A stretch of DNA of 64,000 nucleotides. It comes from Chrysomallon squamiferum (Eukaryota > Animalia > Mollusca). This document shows positions 14,428-25,785 of this stretch, piece by piece (the first letter of the stretch is position 1; the number at the start of each line of letters is the position of its first letter). The DNA lies in assembly GCA_012295275.1 (NCBI GenBank), contig CM022675.1, forward strand, positions 16,368,001-16,432,000, in the 5' to 3' direction. The notes beneath the pieces were generated by a model. The model saw nothing but the letters and a program-made list of their open reading frames with translations, was not told the DNA's origin and searched no databases. A program made the position numbers and the translations under genes.

Positions 14428-14505
14428 GGTGTTTGAACGGTGGAACTAAAGTAGGAAGGAAATGTGAATGCACTGACGAGTTTTATGGAGGAATCTGTAA
14501 GAAAA
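14428..14505 (+). CDS. Gene A exon 2, EGF-like module (CLNGGT...CEC...FYGGIC)
   Basis: cag acceptor, gtaagt donor, 78 nt; matches the EGF consensus CxNGG and CxCxxxFxGxxC. Confidence 0.85.
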
Positions 14506-14705
14506 GTAAGTAAATTTTGTAATTAGAGTGATGATGTTTTTTGTAAACACTGTTAACTGTATGTGGACTATTGAAAGAATAAAATATTCTAACAGATAAC
14601 ATTTCACAGACTGAGAATAAATCATTTCCCTGATTTCAAATGTACATTACACAAACGGTGCAGGCAATAAATGGAATATCTGTAGAAATCCACAAAAATA
14701 AAGCA

Positions 14706-14738
<33 letters not shown>

Positions 14739-15287
14739 TGTGTTAAGATAAAATATGCAAAACCATGTTTTTGTAGCTACCATAATTTCTATGTAATAAA
14801 TGTTTTGAATCAGGGAAAGACATTATGACATTGTGTATTATATTATACTATGCTGTGCTATGTTACTCATATTAAGTTACATTATACCTCATAAAATGTT
14901 ACATTATATCTAATAAAATGTTACATTATACCTCATAAAATGTTACATTATTTTCTATTATATTACTAATGCTTGACACTTAAAGGGAAGTCGTTTTGTT
15001 AGCTTAATTGGGCAACTAGTCAGTACTGGTATAATTCTATGTTTCTGAATGTGAATGTTCTGACTTAACCATTCCCTCAGAGCATGCTGTGTTTTATATA
15101 CCATGTTTGATCTATGGCTAAAGTGTCCATAAAAATTCAGTATAATAATTAAAATAGAAGTAATGAGAAAATAAAATAAAATAAAAAATGGAAATGGAAA
15201 AACTTCAAATTTTACACCAAATCAACAACAGGCTGATCTAATCTGTTTCCAAGTGAAGTGCATTCTTTTTTCTTCTTTCATCAACAG

Positions 15288-15392
15288 GTTGTGCCGATGG
15301 AGCTAAGGCTGAGGCTAAACAAGCATTTAAAAAGTTCTGTGCAATTCCAATTATATCCAAAAGCTGTCAAAAATCATGTGATATGTGTCCAT
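15288..15392 (+). CDS. Gene A exon 3, ShK-like module ending CQKSCDMC
   Basis: cag/gtaagt boundaries, 105 nt; C-x3-C-x2-C terminus typical of ShK domains. Confidence 0.8.
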
Positions 15393-15705
15393 GTAAGTCT
15401 ACTGTCTGCTGTCTTAGAAATTATGTTCATTCTGACAGAGAACAATCAGAATAATTAGAAATGAAAATAACAAAAGAAAGTATTAATGAATATTTAATAG
15501 TTTATGTTCTTTTCGGTTAGCAATGTATTAATAATGTATTTATTATCACAGTTGTCAGTATTAACATATTAATAAAAATCAACATAATTAATAGAAAATA
15601 ATAATATAACATGATGATGAAATTGCTATTTTTTATATTCCTGTTAACATGAGAATTACAACTAATGTATATCATAATAATAATCGTAACAATAACATAA
15701 AAATT

Positions 15706-15737
<32 letters not shown>

Positions 15738-15747
15738 TTCTTTGCAG

Positions 15748-15870
15748 CATCTGGGGAATGCTCTGATAGATTCAGATGGTTCTGTGATTTAGTGGCCCAG
15801 TTAACTGAGCCAGCTGGAACTGCTAAGTTTTGTGCAGACCATCCTATGAAATGCCAGTCGATTTGTCCAT
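15748..15870 (+). CDS. Gene A exon 4, second ShK-like module (CSD...WFC...FC...CQSIC)
   Basis: tttgcag acceptor, gtaata donor, 123 nt; paralogous to 40940-41074. Confidence 0.8.
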
Positions 15871-16060
15871 GTAATATGACTTTATCATTTGTTCACTATT
15901 AATGTTACTTTCAATGTAAGAATACTGTTTTAAGAAAACCAGTCTGAGACTAACTATAAAAATGAGAGTTCTGTTGACTAAGCACTATTTTTCAGTGATC
16001 TACAGAGAACTTTATTCAAAGAAAATACAATATGAATGATATTTGCACTGTATATTTATA

Positions 16061-17020
16061 GGGCATTTCATGATTTGAGCCAGGATGTGACATTTCGTTC
16101 ATTAATACCCAATCACTAAAACTCTGATTTCATAGCAACTGATTTTTGACCTTGTATAGAGACAATGAACATGGTGATGTATGAATGATGTCTGTGATAC
16201 ACAATCATAGATCCATAACATTACCCATAGCCAATGAGTTTGTTAAACACTTTACATATGAGGTAACATTCATGCTATAAACATGAATGCCATATTGGTT
16301 TTTGACTGATGTAATAATTTACCAGAAATTCAAAAGTAAAATTTGTCAGGACATGACAAAATTTGTACAGATTTTTAAATTATGTTGTTAATACCATAAA
16401 TTCCAAAACTCTGCCCTGCTAGAAAATAAGGTGCTTTTTAAAAAATATTCATGGTAGTTTATCCAATCTGTTTCAAAATACCACCTAGCCATTTATCAAG
16501 AAATTACCATTTATGATGCTAATGTTAGTTTTTATAAATTAACTAAAGATGTGACAATTTGTCCTGTGTAAAAGCTGTTCATTAATTAACTGTTTAATAA
16601 CAAAATAAGTAGAATGATTTATTGTCATCATTAGTGAACATGCATGTTACAAGGGAATTTAAAACTGTTATTTTATCAACCATTATTTTTTTCCTATTCA
16701 CTCACAGGCCATGTTGAAACAGCTGTGATGACCATTTGTGGGAATTTCTCACTTGCTTTTAATCAACCCAAGCTGTATTTTCTGTAACAGAAAAACTAAC
16801 ACTGTTTCCTTACAATATTTTGCATGAAGAAATGTTACTATAAATTAAAATCCATCTTTGGAGACTATTTTCCCATGAAAAACATTTTTATATTCTTGGT
16901 TGCATTTTCTACCAAGACAAAGCTTGACCACATGCATTCTTCCTGTTTCTTTCTGTAATTTAATAAAGTGGATATATTATTAATGAAATATTACAATTAA
17001 AAAGATGTCACATCCTGGCT
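16061..17020. mobile_element. Non-autonomous TIR DNA element in intron 4 of gene A
   Basis: Perfect 16-bp inverted repeat agccaggatgtgacat (16078-16093) / atgtcacatcctggct (17005-17020). The left end begins GGG; the right terminus is decayed. Confidence 0.55.
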
Positions 17021-17208
17021 TACAAATATACATTTTCAAAATACAAATGTCATTAAAAGCCATAATACAGGAGTAAATAACTAATAACTATATATTTTTA
17101 TATTCTTAAATATGTTAACTTTCATTATCAGTAGATACTTAGTTTAGTAGATCATTTTAAAGTTTGCATAACTGTGGACCACAAACCATGGTTTTACCCA
17201 TAACTGAG

Positions 17209-17241
<33 letters not shown>

Positions 17242-17719
17242 CCAAATTTTTCAGGGATTCGTGTTCATATACAATAAATTTTGTTTTATATTTCAGAAAC
17301 TGAAACTCTAAAGAAGAAACCAGCAGTTTAGAATATCACTGCTCATTTCAAGAAAATAAATAATTTTAAAAGCTGTAATTTAGTTAGTTATTTTTACACA
17401 CACACACTGGCAACTCACAAACACACTTATTGATTTTTGAGCTATTTATGCTATCACATGGATCTGTTTTTAGCACTTTTTGTACCATTTCTGAATTACT
17501 GAAGCTACTACTGTTGTCAATATTAGGTCTCCAGTTACTGTATTTACTAATAACAATAATATATACATTTTTTCTGTTTTTCTTGTGTTACAACTGTTTC
17601 TTTATATACCTTTTTAATCGTATTGCTACTGAGAACTCCTCTTCATAAAATTATCGTGTCTCTCTTAACATTATTATGTCCACAGAATGTTTCATCTAAA
17701 TCTGAACTGAAATCTGTGA

Positions 17720-18285
17720 GAGAAAAAATGTGTAATTCTGTAGCTGTTCAGTTCATCACTTCGCACTGTTTTCCCAGGTAAGATTACAGTCTGCATAATC
17801 AAGAAAGTCTGTTTACTAATAGCGTTGCTTTTGATCCGGCACCATCCTAAATATTTTTCTTTTTAATGCCATGCCACTTATTTCGCTTATCTCTTTCATT
17901 CTGGCATGGAAGCTGAAGGTAATAAATAGTTTCATGGTAATGATTTTGATGAGAGAGGTATGTTAAAAGGTAACAGACTGTTTGATGGTAACAGTCGATT
18001 TAATGGTGAAGTTTTTTTGATGAAAGCAGACAGTCACATGGCAAAAATGTGTGTTTTGCTTTCACAGCCTTTCAGTTCAAACTGTTTCAGAGTAATACCA
18101 TTCCTTTAAAATGTACTAAGGTCTTCCTAAGTGTTTGTATTAATGCAATAAATTACAAAGAACTTTTTAAAAACTTGAGCAGAATATAATTTTAACTTCT
18201 GATCAGTTGAGTGATAAAATAAAAATCATAATAGGAAGGGTCATCAATAGTTAAAGGATTATTATCAACTACATTGTTTTACCAT
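17720..18285 (+). repeat. ~550-bp direct repeat, partner at ~21135-21665
   Basis: Shared blocks such as ataccattcctttaaaatgtactaagg and aatagttaaaggattattatcaactacattg. Confidence 0.8.
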
Positions 18286-18320
18286 CAGTTCTATCCTCTT
18301 TTCAGCCATCTTCTGTTCCA

Positions 18321-19276
18321 GGGCCATTGTGTGTCAAATCACCCAATGGGTTAAACCCAACCATCTCAGATTTTTATGAAATTTGGTATACTTGTTGATT
18401 GGGATCCCACACCACCAAATCTGAAATTTTACACCAATTAAAGTGGTGTGGGAGATATGGCCCCCAAATACTGAGATTTTGGGCCAAAAGGGGCTTGGCC
18501 ACCAACATTTGAACCGTAATATTTCATATGACATGATAAAATGACTTAATACATTTTATGAAGAAAACATAACACTTACATATCAAAATCTGACATTGAA
18601 AGTTTCAGATTGTCAAAGAAATGCAGAACAAGAAACATCTGTCTTAAATTTCAAATTGCTGTGTGCTCAATGTGCATTTCCCCAAGGGATTTCAAGCCAC
18701 ACATCCTGTTAACCCTTTGGGTCTGATTGTGTAGAACATCTCATGGCGTCTTTTCACATCCTTCAGACATGTCAGGTGGGTTTTGACTCCAAAGATGAGT
18801 TTTTGGTCTCAGAGAAGTCTATACATGTAGAAAATGTACATTGTAATGCATTGTATCAATCATCCTTGCAGGTATGTATTTTTTATATCTATATTGTGGC
18901 TAAATAAACAATATTACACCTCTGAAACTGTTATTTGTTTTAGTTACCATGTGGGAGATTAAATTTCAAGAACAGTCATTCTCTGATCTGAATAATGATG
19001 GCAGATTTGGATTCCTTGTCAAATTGCCTTTTCATCAATACCAATTTTATGAAGACTGTCCCAGTAGTTCCAGAGATATTAGGGTTCAAAGGTTCACAGC
19101 CAAACATCTCAAAATTCTTGGGGCCATATCTCCCACACCAGTAGTCCGATTGGCAATTTTTTTTTTAATTTGGTGCTGTGGGATTCCAATCAACAAGTAC
19201 ACCAAGTTTCACAAAAATCTTAGACAGTCAGGATTTAACATATCTGGTTTTTGGGTGATTTGACACAAAATGACCC
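18321..19276. mobile_element. Non-autonomous Sola2-like DNA transposon with long TIRs and 4-bp TSD
   Basis: Termini GGGCCATTGTGTGTCAAATCACCCA / TGGGTGATTTGACACAAAATGACCC; imperfect TIRs of ~170 bp; TCCA duplicated at 18317-18320 and 19277-19280. GRG ends with a 4-bp TSD fit Sola2. Confidence 0.75.
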
Positions 19277-21055
19277 TCCAGCCACTGGTTTATTAGCGTG
19301 ACATGTGCCTTCCTGCAGTCGAAGTGTATATAAGTGACCTCTGGTTTCCTCTCTCATTATTTGCATGACCATTAATTAAACATTTTAACTGCTCCTTCTA
19401 AATTGTATTATAGAGTTAACAAAAACTTTCAAATTTACTGGTGTTTTTGATGGTAACATCAAGTAAAGATCTTTCCAATAACTTTCTAACATTAATATTA
19501 AGTATTTTGTGATTAATTAACAGTTGCTAATTATAGGAATTAATTTCTCGAATTTATATGTAGTTTGAAAGAAAAGCAAAACCTGAAAAAATGTGAGCAG
19601 GCTGTTACTTAGTAGTAATTATTTTCATTTCTTAGTTATAGCAGAAAGTATATTTGATATAATAAGCAACACAACAGATTAAAACAGCAATTTATTATCT
19701 AAAACTGTCCAAAATACAAGAACAAGCAATTAACATGTCAATGTTCAGACAGCTTAGGTGGCCAGTGCCAGATGTACTTTTCCCAGGATGTACTGGTGGA
19801 CTTCCCAGAACTACATCAGATTGAAATTAAAGGTGTATTTTATTCCGATTATGAAAAAAGTATTCTAATACCTTCAGGTGAAAATCTGATGTTCTTTAGC
19901 AGAAATTCATGAAAATTTGTTTGAATAAAGTAAGTAAAACTAATCCTTTTCCATATAGGAATATTGTTTGCAAACTGCTCATAAATGAGTTTGAAGAGTT
20001 ATTATTTGAGCTAAATAATACAGAAAGACAAGACAGTATTGCAATCACGATAAAATTTTACGGAAAGTGTTTCAATGGATGCAGCTGCTGCAACTTGCAG
20101 TTAACATTTTGATCTGTGAAAACTGTTATCAGTGTACCTGTTTATTATCTAACAGCACAGAAATATTGTGACAAGCAAATTATTAACGAGAGAAAAGTGT
20201 CTACAGTTTTTTTCAGTCAATTTAATTTGAAACCTGAAAATGTTAACAAGCAACAATCATGAAAAACATCTGACTTATTGCCTGACGTCCACAATCATAT
20301 TTATAATGTACAGGAGGCCTGTAAATTTTGTGTCGATTTTTATTTACCTTCAGTGAACACTTTTTTATATTTTTACCTCTGTTGAATGTTCTTATACGTC
20401 TAAAAAAAATTAGGTAAAATTTTCACTTAACTTCATTTCTTTTAATTATATTATTTAACTGTTTCTAATATCTGATGTAAACAGGATGCTCAGAATGAAT
20501 GTAGAAGTACTGGATAAAACACAGCCATGAAAAAAAGCAACATAATTTAATATCTTTCTTTCTTTCTATATAAGCCCCACCCAAAAATCTCTCTTTAGAT
20601 CAAAAGATAGAAACGGTGGAACATTCTGAATTCTCTCCTTACCTTAAAACATCCTTTATATAATCTGAGCTGTTGTATTACCAATCACACACAATAACAT
20701 TCAACAAATGGACATTACTAGCACAAATATAATAAATACTTTACTGTGCAACATCTGTTTTTGTCTTCAATAAAAATGCCTTAAAGTAAAAAGACTACAC
20801 AAGCTGGTTTTTATTTTATTTGGTATGTGAAAGAATGCAGGAGTTTCATATGACAACAAAAAAAAAAAGACATTTTAAGACTTTTTCTCTGATTACAGTT
20901 TGACATGATTTCTGAATACCTTATAGAATTTTCATAATTTTAGCTGTGAAAATAACAGATGGTGTTATGGACAATTTTAGATTTCTTTACTGAATAACTA
21001 TTATAAAAGATCAAGAAAATACTGAGTATCTTTTATTTAAAAATCGAAGAAAAAT

Positions 21056-21119
21056 AACCTATGTGGGAAGATCCCATTGGATTTCAAGTCCAATGTCTTA
21101 ACCTCTCGGCCATCGCAGC
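21056..21119 (-). pseudogene. 3'-truncated tRNA-Ser(TGA) pseudogene
   Basis: Minus strand reads GCTGCGATGGCCGAGAGGTTAAGACATTGGACTTGAAATCCAATGGGATCTTCCCACATAGGTT. This matches the D arm, anticodon arm (TGA) and variable arm of eukaryotic tRNA-Ser. The T-loop and acceptor 3' strand are missing. Confidence 0.85.
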
Positions 21120-21134
21120 TGTTAAATAACGTAC

Positions 21135-21665
21135 TAAGAAAAATCACATAATTATGCACCTGTTCGGTTCATCACCTCGATTGTTTTCCCATCTAAGATT
21201 ATATGTCTCTGTGAAATCCAGAGTTTGTTTCCTAATCATGTGACTATAGCTACTGACCTGGCACCACCCTAAATAGTTTTCTTTTTAATGCAATGCCCCA
21301 TGTGAATTCCGGCACGGAAGTTGAATGTAATAAATAGTTTCATGGAAGAGATAAAAGATAACAGACCATTTGAAGTGCATTTAATTGTGAAGCTTTTTTG
21401 ATGAAAGCAGAGTCTCATGGTAAATAGTGCATTCTCCTTTCACAGACTTCTAATTCAAACAGTTTTAAAGAATACCATTCCTTTAAAATGTACTAAGGTT
21501 TTCGTAAGTGTTTGTATTAACCAGTTAATAAAAAATATTTTTTTTTAAACATGAGCAGAACTCTATTTTAATTTTTGTTCAGATGAGTAATAAAATAAAA
21601 ATCATAATGTGAACAGTTATAAATAGTTAAAGGATTATTATTATCAACTACATTGTGTTACCATT
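21135..21665 (+). repeat. Direct repeat partner of 17720-18285
   Basis: Same conserved blocks as 17720-18285; abuts the 5' end of the tRNA pseudogene. Confidence 0.8.
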
Positions 21666-22730
21666 AAGAATGAAACTGAATTAAAATCAGCTGAAACTAC
21701 TTTATCTCAGATAGATTAAAAACTCTGAACCTATCTTTGTACTATCTAGGTAGACCTGGTCAGTGCGAGAAACAACATTACACAACTCTCTGTACAGGTA
21801 ATCCAAAGGCAAACAAACTTTTTAAAGCAGGGACCAGATGGATCTTAGAGGAAAAGCATCATGGCCAGAATATTAAAAACAATTCAAAACATGCAATCTA
21901 TGTAAACAGTAAATTCATAGCAAAAACCAGGTTAGCAAGAAGTTCGCATGTGTAATTGAGACAGGATTCAAATAATTTGCATATTTTTAAGTGAGTGAAA
22001 CAGGCAGCCATTCAAAATTCGAATGCGGACACTATTGATTCAACGAGCGCTAACGAGATGACTTAAATTTTAAACTTGCATGCGACTTGAATCAAAAAAA
22101 TTGCTGTGACAACTGACTTTATTTCACTGACTTTTTTGTTTTGCAATGTAAATTGTAAACAGTTTGTCAGGCCAGACAATAAACCTTAGCGGGCCAGAAT
22201 TTGTCTTCCCCTGAACTAATCTTTCACAAAATACTAACAAATAATGATACCCAAGATTCAAGAAAAGTAATGTGAGCAGCATACTGCAACAGTGGGATGC
22301 TTCTGTAAACAAATTCATGTTTAAACAAACCTAAATTCATTTTTAACAGGCACCATAAATGATGATAATTATGATAATTCATCAGTATAATAAATCAATT
22401 ATTAATTAATTTTTTTTCTTTTTAAAGTTGCGCAACAAAATAAGATTAAATACAAAGACTGAGTCTCTGAGCCTCAGATACATTATCTTTTCCTACTGTT
22501 TTAATAGATTTTATCCTTTTTTTATTTGTTCTCCATTAATTTCATCAAAGAACAGACACACATACACACACACACCAGCCTGGATAAGAAAGCAGGATGA
22601 AGTTGTGATTGCTGGATCATAATATATAAATGTACTAAATGGAAGATGTGAACAGGACATGAAACAGAAGATTATGGCACACATTTGTAATCTGTAACAA
22701 TGAGTCAGTTAATCAAAGGAAATGTAAAAC

Positions 22731-23435
22731 CTTCATGTGGTTCCTCTTGCATGAAGGAGCCAGTGAAATATCAGTGAACCAGAGCAGACTTTCCACTTTG
22801 TACATTTCCCAGAATTCCCTGAAAACAAAATACAATTTTATAATTACAAGTACCTGAATGTACTGACAAAAAAATAATAATACTCATAATAATAAATACA
22901 AAAAAAGGCTTAAATAAATACAGAATATTATTCTTTTTATTTATTTCTTAATTTTTTTTTTTTTTAATTACTGGAAAAATATTACTAGAAATAAATATTT
23001 GTATCAGCAGAAAATCCATGATAGTTGAAATGACATAAAAATAGACACAGCAAATAATGTTCAACTGTAAATTCAAATTAACCAGCAGAAAATCCATATG
23101 TGCAAGATTTAATCTAACAAAGTGAAAAAGGCATATTTCTGATAAAACATTTATCACTTAATATACCTAGAAGTTTAATAGTAAACATATTTCATACCTG
23201 GAAATTTAATAGTAAACATATTTCATACCTGGAAATTTAATAGTAAACATATTTCATACATGGAAATTTAATAGTAAGCTAATCTATGATTTATCATTAA
23301 CAAATAATGAACAACAAACAGCTATGCAAGTTATTTTTGTTTTGTATCAATTCAGTTATCTGAATGTTAATAGTTAGTGTAAGTTACCAACTTCTAATAT
23401 GGAAATGATTGACTTGGTGTCCATTACAAATGAAT
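22731..23435 (-). pseudogene. AGAP1: Two orphan pseudo-exons of an AGAP/centaurin-gamma gene (Arf-GAP with GTPase-like domain): 23388-23435 and 22731-22818
   Basis: The 88-nt exon reads [28 protein letters not shown], versus AGAP [29 protein letters not shown]. The upstream exon reads DSFV-(deletion)-WTPSQSFPY*KL, versus DAFVNSQEWTLSRSVPELKV. Both have AG/GT boundaries; two stops and a frameshift disable them. Confidence 0.85.
23163..23277. repeat. 31-bp tandem repeat, ~4 copies
   Basis: atacctggaaatttaatagtaaacatatttc repeated. Confidence 0.9.
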
Positions 23436-24643
23436 CTGAAAAAATAAAACAAATATTAGTAAATCAATGCAGGTATATTTAGTAGTATTTTTAATACTGA
23501 AAGAAATTATATGTCATTGCTGTTTTGAGGTGGGTTTTTTTTTGGGGGGGGTATCAAGAAAGTTCCAATTTAACTGTTTATTTATTTAATGTTTTCAAAG
23601 AACAAAAATAAAATTGGCTATTAAATGTAATTCAAAGATACAGTATTCATTTGACTCAGGCCATTTGTTCACATGAATTTGTCATCTCTCCATCAGATGA
23701 TGAACAATGCTTTATCACTGTAAGAAAGCTCAAGAACATATCGACAATTTAGCATGAGTTTGGGCCCTTTCTCTCATGCGAAGTTCGTTTTCTGAAGCTG
23801 ACGGAGCCGTCTAAGGATAGCAGTTTGGGAGCAGATATTTGGTCAAATATTTTAATAATTTACCCATTTTACTTCTAATCACACGTCTGATACCAGTAAC
23901 AAGGTCGTATACAACAAGTTCGTTCAAAAATGTATTTTTTAGTCACTATCGTGTGCGTTCCGACCATGAACCAACAGGAACGGTAACTCGAAGCGATATA
24001 AATTGCGTCTGCTCAAAAATGGGGTACGGAAAACAAATGACACCCTGAAGAAATTGCACTGTGCAGATTTGGAAAGAAATGGCACCTTATTTTTTTTTTT
24101 TTTTTCTCTATAGTTGCTTTAAAAAAAACACTTGGTTTCTGATTTCTCCAATTTAATGGGTATAAACTACGCCTGAATATTATTTTCTGATGGGTTCTGA
24201 CACGGGGAATATTGCCTACTTGAAAAGTTAATACATTAATCCTATAACAACTCATAGGAAAGGTTTGGTAATATGAACAATCACCCTTATCTTTATTAGT
24301 GTAAATCATAAAAAAAGTGTAAATCATATAATTGATGCATTTGGAAGTTTAAAACCCCGACCTGAAGGTTTCCGAGTGTGCACGGAAATTTCCGATCGAA
24401 ATTCAAGATAGCGGCATCCGAAACCGGTCAATGTTTACAAACTTTTAAACAAATATTCTGTCATGATGCAATACATTCTCCATGGATTAGTAAAGTAATT
24501 TAAAAAAAAAAAAAAAAAAAATGCCATATAATCAATGCCTCATATACACAGACGTCCATTATTGAGTAAAAATTGTGACAAAGGTCGAAACATTTGGCGG
24601 TTTTATGGTAACTGACGTCATATCACTTCGTACCCGTTTCACA

Positions 24644-24687
<44 letters not shown>

Positions 24688-24822
24688 TATATTATCATGG
24701 GGCTCACACCTTTAAACATCTTATATGTTTTATTAAGGCTCAGTCTAGGATAACAAGGTGCTTTAATAGCCACCTAACAAGGAATATAAACACTACATTG
24801 ACAGTCTATCTGTCCACTAGAC

Positions 24823-25785
24823 CAGTGGTTCTCAACCTTTTTTTGCCAATGGCACACCTTGGAACACATGAAAAAATAGCGGTACACCTGGCTAAATATA
24901 TATGAAAAATATTTGAATTTTGTAAAATAAAAACATGGCAAGTCATAGACGTCATACAACCGTACACACAGACTAGTCATAGACACCTAGAATGACTCAA
25001 ACTAAATAAACAAAAACACAGCTATACTTCATTGCAGTGTTTCGAATTTCATCAGTCAGATAGCTGGCTTCTTTGATGAGAAATTTGTGCCTGGCTTTTA
25101 TTCATAATTTCCTCAATGTGTGGTTGAATATGATTCGGACACACCCTCATTTCTTCTTCCATTGTACGTAATCTCTTGCACTTCTTGTTTTTGATGTTGT
25201 TTAATGTTGAGACGCCTAATTCACATATATAAAAAGTTGAAAATTGAAATAAAATTGCTAAAGCTGTTTTACATAATATGGGATACTCCACTGGAACTGA
25301 AATTCAAAATGAATCAATGGGCAGAGTCGAATGTTTTAATTTTAACCCTTGGTCACTAGAAAGGTGGCCAATTCTTCTTCTTCCTGTAACTCTAGTTCAG
25401 TGTTGGAAGAATGATTTATGAAAGGATCTCTAATTCAATCATACTTTTCTGTCTTTAATGACGGAAAGTAATTGTTTATGCTTTCGTCCAGGGCTGTCAG
25501 ATGAGTAAACACAATAAGGATAATTTCTCTAATTCAGGTAGAACGCAATAAAGTGAACATATCAAGATTGCCAGTGATTGTGATTGCTCTTTTTTTCCAA
25601 ATCACTATTTTCTTTTTGAGGGCAGATAGCTTGTCTGTTGAAGTGAGAATATTTTTGTTTTTACCTTGCATGCTGTTGTTTGTTTATTTTGGGATCACGT
25701 GGCTTTTGCCTTTTTCTTAGTGTGCCATTCAAAATTTCGCGGCACAGTTAGGAAGATCTTGTGGCACACTGGTTGAGAATCACTG
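24823..25785 (-). mobile_element. Internally deleted hAT (Buster/Charlie-type) transposon
   Basis: TIRs CAGTGGTTCTCAACC / GGTTGAGAATCACTG; 8-bp TSD cactagac / cactagag (NNNTANNN). ORF 25052-25291 encodes the ZBED5/SCAND3-like hAT dimerisation C-terminus (EYPIL...FSTFYICELGVSTL..IKNK...QAQISH). Confidence 0.9.

Larger units (their letters stand above)
11412..17298 (+). pseudogene. Gene A: secreted EGF-ShK-ShK-like protein, join(11412-11469,14428-14505,15288-15392,15748-15870,17297-17298), with in-frame TGA at codon 18
   Basis: All introns are GT-AG and phase 1. Translation: MTLFQVFVICLVLQVSL*K/RCLNGGTKVGRKCECTDEFYGGICKK/SCADGAKAEAKQAFKKFCAIPIISKSCQKSCDMCP/SSGECSDRFRWFCDLVAQLTEPAGTAKFCADHPMKCQSICP*. 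The final stop is split T|AA; AATAAA at 17355-17360. Exon sizes 58/78/105 are identical to gene B. Confidence 0.8.

Noticed and set aside
15288-15392. Assignment as a Kv-channel blocker like ShK itself
   Set aside because: The Lys-Tyr dyad is absent from the equivalent loop and one Cys is missing, so activity cannot be inferred from sequence.
17297-17400. SECIS element that would make gene A a selenoprotein
   Set aside because: No canonical RUGA...AA...GA stem of adequate length is visible, and the TGA lies at the signal-peptide end.
18334-19263. Two similar ORFs sharing IWxCGIPINKYTKFHKNLR on opposite strands
   Set aside because: They are the two TIRs of one non-autonomous transposon, not genes.
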